Part shown: in pieces, positions 9,928 to 19,192 of the stretch | Layout of the letters: the number at the start of each line of letters is the position of its first letter | How positions within the stretch are numbered: the stretch's first letter is position 1 | Source of the DNA: Thiotrichaceae bacterium | GTDB taxonomy: Bacteria > Pseudomonadota > Gammaproteobacteria > UBA5859 | Length of the DNA stretch: 64,000 bases | Reading direction: 5' to 3' | Assembly: GCA_041940025.1 (NCBI GenBank) | Contig: JBGTSY010000005.1 | Coordinates: forward strand, 68,741 to 132,740 | Notes under the pieces: model-generated | The model's input: the letters and a program-made list of their open reading frames with translations, nothing else | What the model was told of the DNA's origin: nothing | The model's database searches: none | Position numbers and translations under genes: made by a program

Positions 9928-12225
9928 TTACTTGAATAGTTTAGGAAACTTCAGCAATTGGGTTTCGCCATTTGAATCGTCTACGCCATCATTGTCATTG
10001 ACAATAACGGCTGTCCCACTTGGGGTCACTGCCAAGCCCTCTATTTTTTCCAGTACCAATCCACCCAGGCCTTCGAGATCTGGCATGAGATCGCGCACTA
10101 AGCTCTTGGAAACGACTGGAAAAGTTGGTGTGGTGCCTACCGCAGGATCTGCCAGTGGAGTTAAACCAGCTACAGAGAATTCATAAATGCTTTTTATCGC
10201 TGCATCGGGACCACCTTGATTGTCACGTTCAATGACTGCGAAACGTTCATCACCCAGGGCGGCGATTTCCGAGAGGCCAACCCAACCGCCGTTGGCAGAT
10301 AAAGGCGCTTCGATTGGATAATAGAAAAAGCGCCACTCCTCGGTTTGGGTGTTATAGCGCCCAATTCGAACCATGTCTTGCGGATCATCCGCCCATTCTC
10401 GTTGGAAGGCGACAAAAATTTCCTCGGCGGCACCAGTCTCCACGACGGCGACACCTTCTAATCCGAAGCGAACCTGACGAGCATTGGTAGAGGCTGGCAA
10501 GGTGACCACTTCTTCAATCACGCCGCTTGTGTTGACCTTGATTAACAGGTTGAGGGTTTCAAAGGGACGATTGGCATCACCGACGGTTCCGCGCCCTTCT
10601 GAGACTACCCAGAAATGTCCGGGTGTAGTGGTTGCGACGCCTTCGAGATCCAGGTTGACGCTGCTATCACCATTGACCAAGCTCGCATCTATTGCAGCCA
10701 GTTTTCCCATGCTGTCCATGAGTTGTCGCTCATCGATAATGCGCACCGGATGACCATTTTTCATCGTAAAAATACGACTCTTCTGATAGAAGCTGTCGTG
10801 GACACTGTAACCCACTTTTGAATTGTGTTTGTCGATGGCAAGGCCGGATAGTGCGCCCCAAGGAATGGGTGTACCATCGGCACGATTTTTCGAGACGATG
10901 GTGGGGTAGGACGGACGCTTTTCCTTAACCTGTTTATAGATACTGAGCACCGAGCGGATCTTGTCATCTCGACTATCCACCTCAGCTGCTACGACTAACA
11001 GATCTCGCTGTGGAATAGGCAATAATCCCTCTGGCCCCACTCCGGTGGGCAGTACCTGTTTAAACTTCGGTTGCTTATGTCTGCCCTTGAGTTCGTAGAC
11101 AAAAGTTAGATTAGAACGTTCTGAGCCGACGAATAGCAGCTTTTTATGATGGTATCTGGCATAGGCGACGTTTTCAGGTTCGTTGCCCTTATTCTCAGAA
11201 CGATCTTCTGGATAGTGACCCATGCGCGCCACTTGATGTTCCAGAGTGACTCCGGAAGAGAACGTGACTTCGCCCGCATCATTAAAAATTGTAAACCCAC
11301 GGGAGCCACCAAAAAGATCGCCTTCATCTGCAGTGGCAAACAGATCTTTGGATAGCCAGGTCACGCCATCTGGTTCACGTGCGACTTGGGGCAAACTGCT
11401 GTTTTGCTCTATGAGATCATTTTCATTTGTATCGATTGTGTCCAGATCTACCGCACCGGCGTTAAATTCATTTTTTACTGTGCCTGTTTTGAGATCCACT
11501 AACACAATGTGGTTGTTCTCCTGTAAGGTCACGACAGCTTGGTTTCTTTTATTGATGCTCACATACTCGGGTTCGGGATCGCCAGGAAATAGATCCGGCA
11601 CACCGGTTAAATCCACTTGGCGTTGGCCCCAAGTAAGTGGAGAACCCAACAGATCGACGATGGTTAGAAATCCCGCCGGCAGTTGCGGCGGTTCACCGTT
11701 GCCTAGATCTTCGTCGCGCTCATTCTCGATGGCAATGGCGGCATATTGATGATTGGGGCTAATCGCAATACTGTCTGGTTGTCCCGCTAAGGGATGGGTG
11801 GCAACAATATTTTGAGTTTGAATATCAATCACGACAAGCTCACCACTGGTATTCACAAAATTTGCTGATGTGTTGACTGCTACTAAAGCGTATTCACCGG
11901 CCACTGCCACTGAAGTGGGTTCACCGTTGAGATCCACAGTTCCGGCTGGCATGGGTTGATAGGGATTCTGAATATCGACGAAGCCCACTTTTTCAGTCTC
12001 TGAGTCGGTGTAAATTAGGGTGTTGCCATCCTTACTGGACGCGACGATTTCAGCGGCTGTTTCAAGTTCGATGTTTGTATTTAGAAATACTGGAAACGAG
12101 CTGATACGTTCAAAATATCTTTCATGAAGCAGATCGAACGCTTGAGCACTCTGGGCAGAAACTGCCAAAGCAACCGAGGTAGCTAACAAGGATTGTTTCT
12201 TACTAAGGACTAGACGCCGAGACAT
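9928..12225 (-). CDS. Secreted alkaline-phosphatase/phytase-like protein (beta-propeller plus esterase-like/phytase domain)
   Basis: Signal peptide ending SAQSAQA; DPEPEY, TADEGD, RSENKGNEPEN and VGPEG propeller motifs; C-terminal DLEG, SEG, ERDN and NDNDG motifs; GGAGA RBS before the ATG at 12225. Confidence 0.8.
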   Translation of the reverse strand: MSRRLVLSKKQSLLATSVALAVSAQSAQAFDLLHERYFERISSFPVFLNTNIELETAAEIVASSKDGNTLIYTDSETEKVGFVDIQNPYQPMPAGTVDLNGEPTSVAVAGEYALVAVNTSANFVNTSGELVVIDIQTQNIVATHPLAGQPDSIAISPNHQYAAIAIENERDEDLGNGEPPQLPAGFLTIVDLLGSPLTWGQRQVDLTGVPDLFPGDPEPEYVSINKRNQAVVTLQENNHIVLVDLKTGTVKNEFNAGAVDLDTIDTNENDLIEQNSSLPQVAREPDGVTWLSKDLFATADEGDLFGGSRGFTIFNDAGEVTFSSGVTLEHQVARMGHYPEDRSENKGNEPENVAYARYHHKKLLFVGSERSNLTFVYELKGRHKQPKFKQVLPTGVGPEGLLPIPQRDLLVVAAEVDSRDDKIRSVLSIYKQVKEKRPSYPTIVSKNRADGTPIPWGALSGLAIDKHNSKVGYSVHDSFYQKSRIFTMKNGHPVRIIDERQLMDSMGKLAAIDASLVNGDSSVNLDLEGVATTTPGHFWVVSEGRGTVGDANRPFETLNLLIKVNTSGVIEEVVTLPASTNARQVRFGLEGVAVVETGAAEEIFVAFQREWADDPQDMVRIGRYNTQTEEWRFFYYPIEAPLSANGGWVGLSEIAALGDERFAVIERDNQGGPDAAIKSIYEFSVAGLTPLADPAVGTTPTFPVVSKSLVRDLMPDLEGLGGLVLEKIEGLAVTPSGTAVIVNDNDGVDDSNGETQLLKFPKLFK

Positions 12226-12283
12226 GATTTGTTCTCCAATGAACCATGAGAAAAAGCTGTAGCGCACACCCTATGGCACTCAT

Positions 12284-12301
12284 GTGACAGCTTAATGAAA
12301 C
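12284..12301 (-). promoter_or_regulatory. Pho box (PhoB-like binding site)
   Basis: Minus strand reads GTTTCAT-TAAG-CTGTCAC (7-4-7 direct repeat) about 60 bp upstream of the phosphatase gene. Confidence 0.65.
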
Positions 12302-12373
12302 TGGCTTTAAGCAAGAGTGACGGTGTTGAGTACAAGATTCATTTTTTCGAAAACAGTGATAAGGGTGGGACAC

Positions 12374-14176
12374 CTAAGTCGGTTGTGAGGATCCGATGGA
12401 AGGTTGGATCGACTGCGAATCGTGAGTGCCCATATAACGCGTACGCTTTCTAGCCGCGATTTTATTCACCTCTACTAAAATTAGCGCATCAATGCAGTGG
12501 TTAAAGTCAGGATCACAACTAAAACTTAGGAACTGACATCCATTTTCAGTACAGAGTTCGGAATATTGTTTATATAGTGTGGGCACACGCACGCCAAGCT
12601 GGGTTAACAGGCCATTGAGTTTTTTAAAGTCTGATTTGTAGTCAGCGGTGAAAAGAGAGTGTGCTAAAGTTTGTGCCGAGCGGGACAGTAAAAAGGGGCG
12701 CTTCGCCAATGCGTATTGTTGGCTGCTGCCGAAGTGGTGTTTATAAAATGCCACAATCAATTCTTGTGCTTCAAGCGGATAAGCCGCACTCAAACTGACC
12801 GGGCCGAATAGATATTCTACTTCCGGGTGCCGATTGAGGTACGCACCGATCCCATACCATAAGTAGTCCAGGCTACGTTTGTTCCAATATTTTGGTTGCA
12901 CAAAACTACGTCCCAATTCAATCGATTTGGGCAGTCGTGTTAACAGACGCGAAGTATAAGTGAACAAACTTGCAGAATAGAAACCTTGAGCACCATATTG
13001 GTTTAAGATGAGATCTCCTAAGCCAATTCGATACGCCCCAACCAAATCCAACTCTTTCTCGTCCCATAAAACCAGGTGGTGGTAGTAAGCGTCGTATTTA
13101 TCCAGATCTGTCGCGTGGCCAGTACCTTCGTCCACGGTGCGGAAAGTCAGTTCACGCAATCGACCCAATTCCTGGATCACTGCAGAATCGGCATCGTAGT
13201 CACATAGATAAATAGTCTTGCCATCCTGGGTTTCACCCAATACTTCGCTCTTTTTTAACTCGGCACGTATAACCTTTGCATTTGCTGGGTGTTTAATGGT
13301 GGAGATGGTTTTTAACTTTGCCGCTTTGCGTTGTCCGAGGCGAATGACTTCTTTACGCACTTTTTTGGCAATGATTTTATCAGTATGGCCTTGGCGTAGC
13401 TCGCGGAGAGTAGACCAGGGGATCGGATCTCCCACACGAAGTTCGATCTCTTCACCTTCTTGGTTAAACATCTCCTTCGCGAGTAGCGCCGTTCCTAATG
13501 GTTTGTACAGGGTGGAAAGTGCATAAAACAATACAGAGTTGTTGGCACTGATATGAACGGGAAGTACCGGCGCCCCGGTTTTCCGCGCCAGTCGAATGAA
13601 TCCAGTTTTCCATTTCCCATCACGAACGCCATGTGGTCGAATTCTGGAAACCTCCCCTGCCGGAAAAATAATCACCGCTTCCTCGTGATTCAGCGCCTCA
13701 AGAATTAATTTGTAACCCCGTTTGTGATGAGCTTTTGAGCGAAAATTATCAATTGGCAGAAAGAGCGATCTCAGTGGGGCAACTTGGGTGAGGAGGTTGT
13801 TGGCGACAATCTTGGCGTCGGAGCGAACAGAGCGCACTAACTTAAGCAACGCTAATCCATCGAGCGAACCAATGGGGTGATTGGCGACAATCAGGACCTT
13901 TCCTTCATAAGGGATTCGGCTAATCGATTTGGCGCTGATCCGGTAAGAGAAATTAAAGTGTTCGAGAATTTGATCGAGAAAGGCAAATCCCCGCAAATGT
14001 TGGTGGGTTTCTAAAAATCGATTGATCTCTTCTTCACGTGACAAAAGCTTAATCAGGCGAAGCAGGGTAGATGAAGCTGGGATCTGTTCCACTTTTGGGT
14101 ATTGTGCATGAATGAAAGAGACCACATTAACATTCTCAACGGATTCTAATGAACTGTTCATCGGGCCAGTACGCAC
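12374..14176 (-). CDS. olsF: PlsC-type acyltransferase fused to a GNAT (OlsB-like) domain; OlsF-like ornithine-lipid synthase
   Basis: NHPIGSLDG (HX4D) and FPAGEVS acyltransferase motifs; C-terminal LRELTFR..EG, DLDKYD, VGAYR and ELGRSFV motifs; start may be the ATG at 14161. Confidence 0.7.
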   Translation of the reverse strand: MRTGPMNSSLESVENVNVVSFIHAQYPKVEQIPASSTLLRLIKLLSREEEINRFLETHQHLRGFAFLDQILEHFNFSYRISAKSISRIPYEGKVLIVANHPIGSLDGLALLKLVRSVRSDAKIVANNLLTQVAPLRSLFLPIDNFRSKAHHKRGYKLILEALNHEEAVIIFPAGEVSRIRPHGVRDGKWKTGFIRLARKTGAPVLPVHISANNSVLFYALSTLYKPLGTALLAKEMFNQEGEEIELRVGDPIPWSTLRELRQGHTDKIIAKKVRKEVIRLGQRKAAKLKTISTIKHPANAKVIRAELKKSEVLGETQDGKTIYLCDYDADSAVIQELGRLRELTFRTVDEGTGHATDLDKYDAYYHHLVLWDEKELDLVGAYRIGLGDLILNQYGAQGFYSASLFTYTSRLLTRLPKSIELGRSFVQPKYWNKRSLDYLWYGIGAYLNRHPEVEYLFGPVSLSAAYPLEAQELIVAFYKHHFGSSQQYALAKRPFLLSRSAQTLAHSLFTADYKSDFKKLNGLLTQLGVRVPTLYKQYSELCTENGCQFLSFSCDPDFNHCIDALILVEVNKIAARKRTRYMGTHDSQSIQPSIGSSQPT

Positions 14177-14211
14177 AACCTATTTCAACAACGCGAGTGT
14201 GCACTGAGTTG

Positions 14212-14229
14212 ATGACAACTGAATGACAG
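14212..14229 (-). promoter_or_regulatory. Pho box (PhoB-like binding site)
   Basis: Minus strand reads CTGTCAT-TCAG-TTGTCAT, close to consensus, 36-50 bp upstream of the olsF-like gene. Confidence 0.8.
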
Positions 14230-14765
14230 AGCGCCCAGTCTGTTGATTGGCGTGATAGAGACTGTGAAAGAGTCAAACAAGGGATGCGAATAACGCGATT
14301 AAGGAGCCTCGTTTGCGGAGGGCTGGAAATTTTGTTTTAAATACGCTTCTGGGACTCAAGCGAATTGCTCGCACTCAAACTAATAAGCCGTCTCTGTGCT
14401 TGCTGTCAGCACAATTTTATTTCGCATGTCAGGTTTCCGTAAAATGTATACAAAAAACCACACAGACCAGTATGTTTGTATGGGAATCGGTCCTATTATC
14501 CTAGATCAGCACCAAATTCTATGATTTGTATCAAAAAAACAACGAACTATAAGAGTAAATATCGAAATAATTTTTAATTAGTAGCTATAAATACTTAAAA
14601 TAAAGATATCATTGAAGGATCATTAGATAAAAATCACATAAAAACAACAATTATTAAATAATGTTGCATTTATACAAAAATCAAGGGATGATAGCCTCAT
14701 TCTTGCCCGGCAATGGTGTCGGTGTGAGTTAAGATTTCACGACGAAATTGCTTGGAGATTCAAAA

Positions 14766-15764
14766 ATGGAAAAGAAATTATTAAGTCTGGCAGTGGCAGC
14801 AGCGGTTGTTTCCCCCATTAATGTTCTGGCGGATGCACCAGAAGTGAGCGGTTTTATCGATATAATTTACACCGCTACTGATGAAGCATCTGATGTTCCA
14901 GGAGGTAAAAATACCACTGAGGGTAAATTTACCGCAGAAGGCGAAGTGGATTTCGTAGGGCAACTTAATGAGCAAGTGACGGTGACCGTCGATGTTGATG
15001 TAATGGATACGCCTGGAGGCGCATCCGCGTCTGCTAATCTTGAACAGGCGCGTTTTGACTGGAGTCTCACCGATGACATTACCTTGACTGGTGGCTTATT
15101 TAACAATCCGGTGGGTTGGGAGGGGCATGATGCGCCAGCTCTGTTTCAAACAACTCATGGCCTGATCTGGCATGCGTTAGATGATCAAACCCGGGAAGAT
15201 GGTAACAATTTGATTGGGTTAGCTGTGACCGCAGATCTAGGTCTGGTGACCGGCGTATTGGCGTTGACCGATGACATCGGTGGCGCTGATGAAGAGAACA
15301 GCCTTGCTTTAGTGGTTGGCGTCAACCCCATTGAAGGTGTGGAGGCAGAACTCGGTTATGTCACTCAAGATAACGACGATGCGACGGTTTGCCCCGGTGG
15401 CGGCACCCTGGGTCTCGCCGGCTGTGGTATGGGTAATCACTTGAATCTCAATGCCACAGTGACGCAAGAGATCTCTGGATTTGGATTAACCGGTGCAGTG
15501 GAAATTCAAATGCCTGACGAAGTGGTGGATCAAGCCTATATGTTAATGGCAAACGCGACTGTAGGTGACACCGGCTTTGGCGGTACATTGCGACTGGAAA
15601 ATATTTCATTCGATGCATCCGGTGTTGATGATCTAGAGCGCACCACACTCGCGGGTACTTATCAGGCTCAGGACAATCTGGCATTCCTCTTGGAGTGGAG
15701 CAACACCGATAACGGGACAAACGATAACGACCTAATCACCATAGAAATGGTCGGTCTGTTTTAA
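14766..15764 (+). CDS. Outer-membrane beta-barrel/porin
   Basis: GGAGA RBS; signal peptide MEKKLLSLAVAAAVVSPINVLA; alternating beta-strand pattern; C-terminal Phe. Confidence 0.75.
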   Translation: MEKKLLSLAVAAAVVSPINVLADAPEVSGFIDIIYTATDEASDVPGGKNTTEGKFTAEGEVDFVGQLNEQVTVTVDVDVMDTPGGASASANLEQARFDWSLTDDITLTGGLFNNPVGWEGHDAPALFQTTHGLIWHALDDQTREDGNNLIGLAVTADLGLVTGVLALTDDIGGADEENSLALVVGVNPIEGVEAELGYVTQDNDDATVCPGGGTLGLAGCGMGNHLNLNATVTQEISGFGLTGAVEIQMPDEVVDQAYMLMANATVGDTGFGGTLRLENISFDASGVDDLERTTLAGTYQAQDNLAFLLEWSNTDNGTNDNDLITIEMVGLF

Positions 15765-15806
15765 TCAACCCCGTGATCTGACTGTATAGGTTAGACACCG
15801 CACCTT

Positions 15807-15838
15807 AAAGCCACTCTTCCCTGGGGTGGCTTTTTTTT
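15807..15838 (+). terminator. Intrinsic terminator
   Basis: AAAGCCACTC...GGGTGGC followed by T8. Confidence 0.85.
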
Positions 15839-16123
15839 GTCTATTATTTGTCCATATTGACCCTTGGCTGGGTCAAAAATCGATTTAATGGCAGCAAGCG
15901 GAGAGACAACCTTGCTGGATCCATCAATCGCCAGAATTTTCCATGGACCGGGCGGATTGATCCGCAGGGTGTCCCTATCCACCACAACTTGGGCAGAGTT
16001 TCACTGGCCACAGGTTCTGATCTCTCAATATGAGGATTCCGCTCCCGTATCTTAAAAGAATTCTTTTCAGCCGCCGACAACAGATCAGGGAGCAATCACA
16101 ACAGTTGAGCTAAAAGTCACACA

Positions 16124-17845
16124 ATGACCACACAGTTAGAGACGAAGCAGCCTAAAAGCCAATCTCAATTTCGTACTGAAATCCACATACTATTGATCAG
16201 TAAATCTTCAGACGACGCCAAATGGCTGCGTGGCCAACTCAAAGAAGCGGGCATACGATTTGATATCACCAAGGCCATCGATTTGAAAATGGCAACGGAA
16301 TTGATCTCACTTAAAGAGTTCGATTTGGCGGTAGCCGATCTCAACACAGAAGGGGCGCCTGGTATTAAGATTGTCCAGGAAGTAAACGCGTTAAAGAACT
16401 CATTACCGGTTGTGGTATTAAGCAGTGGTAGTGAACATCGATTGGCGCAAGAAGCGGTGAAAGTAGGGGCGCAGGATCATTTGGTTCGGGGATGCGAACA
16501 TCCAGAATTGGTCAGCCGGATCCTTCGATATGCCATAGACATTAAACAAGCTGAGTGTCGCATTGAAGCTTTGGCGCATTATGATGTGCTGACTGGTTTG
16601 GTGAATCGCACACTTTTTACAGAACATATGCAGCAAGCGTTAGATCGTGCCCGTCGAGCCAATGGTCGATTAGCGCTGTTTCAAATAAAAATAGAAAACT
16701 TCGAACGCTTTACTGAAACTTGGGGTTACTCAGTTTCAGAAGGGCTGCTAGTAGAGTTTGTCAATCGCGTGAAAACTTGCATTCGCGATACGGATACCTT
16801 TTCCAGAAGTAGAACTGACGAATTTTCCTTGTTGGTTGAGTCGCTAAATTCTGCTGAAAATTGCATTATTCTGGCAGAGAAAATATCTACTGCACTGGAA
16901 AAAGAGTATTTAATTCAAGGGCTCACGATTTCGATTAAATTCAATATGGGCATTGCGGTCTATCCAGAAGCCGGCACCGATCTGGTTTCTCTTAGCCGTA
17001 ATGCTGATTCGGCTATTTATCGTGCGCAGAGAAATATCGATTGTCATTACCATCTGTATCTTTCCAGCATGAACGTAAATGACTCACAACGTATTCGTCT
17101 GGCCGAGGATCTAAAAGAAGCAGTCAAGGCACAGTCGTTCAATCTTTACTATCAACCTATCGTCACCGCTGAGCATAGGGAGATTTGTGCCGCAGAGGCA
17201 TTGCTACGTTGGCCTCATCATGAAAAAGGGTTGATTCGACCTTCAGAATTTGTACCGCTTGCAGAGCAGACCAGTTTCATCATGGACATTGACATTTGGA
17301 CAGTCGAAACTGTTTGTAAACAACAACAGGTTTGGAAAAGTGTTGGCTGCCGACCGATCCCGATTTCGGTTAATCTCTCAATTCGTACACTCCGGGATGA
17401 CGAATCGATCTATAAGATCTGTCAAATTGTGAAAAAGTATGGCAAAGACATATGTGGATTAGAAGTTGAGATTTCTGAGACAGTAATCTTGATGAATGAT
17501 AGTAAGATTAATATCTCTCTGAGAAAGCTGCGTAACTCTAACATCCGAATCGCTATCAATGATTTTGGCTTTGACAAGGTTTGTCTCACCTTACCTAAGA
17601 ATGTACATTTTGACAGATTAAAACTATCCCGGGAGTTGATAAAAAATCAGTTCAACAATCGCATAGATAACGCCATCATTGAATCCGTAGTGTTTTTTGC
17701 CGATAAATTGGGATTGGACTTAACCGTCACTGGCGTTGAAACAGAAGCGCAGCGCAACTTCTTTTTAGATCTTGGATGTAAGTGCTTGCAAGGCAACCTC
17801 TTCGGAAAACCAGTGACGCCCTCTTTATTGGTTTCTCAGCTTTAA
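16124..17845 (+). CDS. REC-GGDEF-EAL protein with degenerate motifs
   Basis: Receiver domain (AVADL, GAQDHL); HYDVLTGLVNR; GGDEF position reads RTDEF; YQP...AEALLRW; NDFGFD. Confidence 0.85.
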   Translation: MTTQLETKQPKSQSQFRTEIHILLISKSSDDAKWLRGQLKEAGIRFDITKAIDLKMATELISLKEFDLAVADLNTEGAPGIKIVQEVNALKNSLPVVVLSSGSEHRLAQEAVKVGAQDHLVRGCEHPELVSRILRYAIDIKQAECRIEALAHYDVLTGLVNRTLFTEHMQQALDRARRANGRLALFQIKIENFERFTETWGYSVSEGLLVEFVNRVKTCIRDTDTFSRSRTDEFSLLVESLNSAENCIILAEKISTALEKEYLIQGLTISIKFNMGIAVYPEAGTDLVSLSRNADSAIYRAQRNIDCHYHLYLSSMNVNDSQRIRLAEDLKEAVKAQSFNLYYQPIVTAEHREICAAEALLRWPHHEKGLIRPSEFVPLAEQTSFIMDIDIWTVETVCKQQQVWKSVGCRPIPISVNLSIRTLRDDESIYKICQIVKKYGKDICGLEVEISETVILMNDSKINISLRKLRNSNIRIAINDFGFDKVCLTLPKNVHFDRLKLSRELIKNQFNNRIDNAIIESVVFFADKLGLDLTVTGVETEAQRNFFLDLGCKCLQGNLFGKPVTPSLLVSQL

Positions 17846-17883
17846 GATTTTAAATAATTTTTAGATGTATGACCGGGGCATTT

Positions 17884-18660
17884 TTAAAAGTTAATGCTTA
17901 TCCCAGAGGTGTAGCTGAAGTCGGTATGATCGACACTTTTTGGAGGTTGACTGTCGTGGCTAAGCTTAATGCTTAACGACACGTCTGTACGCTTACTGAG
18001 CACAAAAGAAATTTCCGATTCCAACTGAGCCCGTACGTCAGAAGGCACGTCCAATCTGGGTTGTACATACGCATACATTTTTAGCTGCGCGTGATGCTCT
18101 ATTGGGTAGCGAAAGATTGCATAGAGATTGAGCCTCAGGTGTTCATCGATTTCACTGGGCAGCGAATCCTGTTCACTGATTTTCTCTCGCTCATACATCA
18201 GCCCACTGCCGCTAAAAATGTGTGATTGAGTTTCATTTAACAGATGTCTCCAGCGAACGCCACCGCCAAATAATCCCCGATACTCCAGGCGAGCAAATTC
18301 ATCTTGGGACAATTGCAAATATAACTCAAAGTCGGATTCGACGTCTTTCGGTAAGAATAGTCTGATATGGTTGAATAGACTATCGGTAGTGAGTTGGTTG
18401 GCGGCTTCGCTTCTGGCTGCCACCAGTAACATAGCCCAAGTGCGAGATTGGTTTTGATGAAAAAGATCGAGACTGAACGTGGCATCGTATTTATCCACAT
18501 TGCCTTGGGCACCGGCTAGACTAAAATCGATTTGTGATGACAGCCCTGCTGGCAAGTGGTCTTGATGGAGATCAGCGGTGCTGTTAATGGCCATGGCAGG
18601 GGTTAAATTGAGAATCACAGTCAGCGTCAGTAAAGTGAGTAACCTCGTATGGAAAATCAT
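17884..18660 (-). CDS. DUF481/YdiY-like outer-membrane beta-barrel
   Basis: Signal peptide, GAQGN motif, DEFARLEYRGLFGGG, HDSQPP, C-terminal GISINF. Confidence 0.7.
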   Translation of the reverse strand: MIFHTRLLTLLTLTVILNLTPAMAINSTADLHQDHLPAGLSSQIDFSLAGAQGNVDKYDATFSLDLFHQNQSRTWAMLLVAARSEAANQLTTDSLFNHIRLFLPKDVESDFELYLQLSQDEFARLEYRGLFGGGVRWRHLLNETQSHIFSGSGLMYEREKISEQDSLPSEIDEHLRLNLYAIFRYPIEHHAQLKMYAYVQPRLDVPSDVRAQLESEISFVLSKRTDVSLSIKLSHDSQPPKSVDHTDFSYTSGISINF

Positions 18661-19192
18661 GTATTGTCTACCGAAAATAAGCCGTATCTATAGTGCAGGC
18701 GGTATGGTGATAGTAATAAGAGGAGAGGTCAAATTTAAAGCTATGGTCGGTGAAAATTGACGCTGCTTCTGGTGCTTTAATTTAAGCGCAGTCACCAGAA
18801 CTGACTCGTGCTGAGACAGGTGATTTTTTCCGCCAAAGTATTGAATCTCCGCCAGGAAGGGATCATCTTTGTTTGTATATGGACTAGCTGGTATGAATAT
18901 TGATGCTTCTGTTGACGTGGCACACACCTATGATTGGAGCGGCGGGATACAATGATGAATTGCTATAAGATATTGAAAAACCGGGATAATTCGTTAATAT
19001 GTTCTCCATCTAACGATGTATCGCGCGACGCCGAGATCCTCTTCAATGTTCCCCATGGTGAATGTCACTGTAGGGATACTATGGCAGCGATACCACAATG
19101 CCGTTGCAATAAATGAGTGGTAATCATGATGACACATAGGTTTGTTACAATCGGGTGATCAGCACAAATCAATTGGTAAGTACTATTTAGAT

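Noticed and set aside
18661-19192. Short ORFs between the DUF481-like gene and ppk1
   Set aside because: No motifs or clear RBS; treated as intergenic
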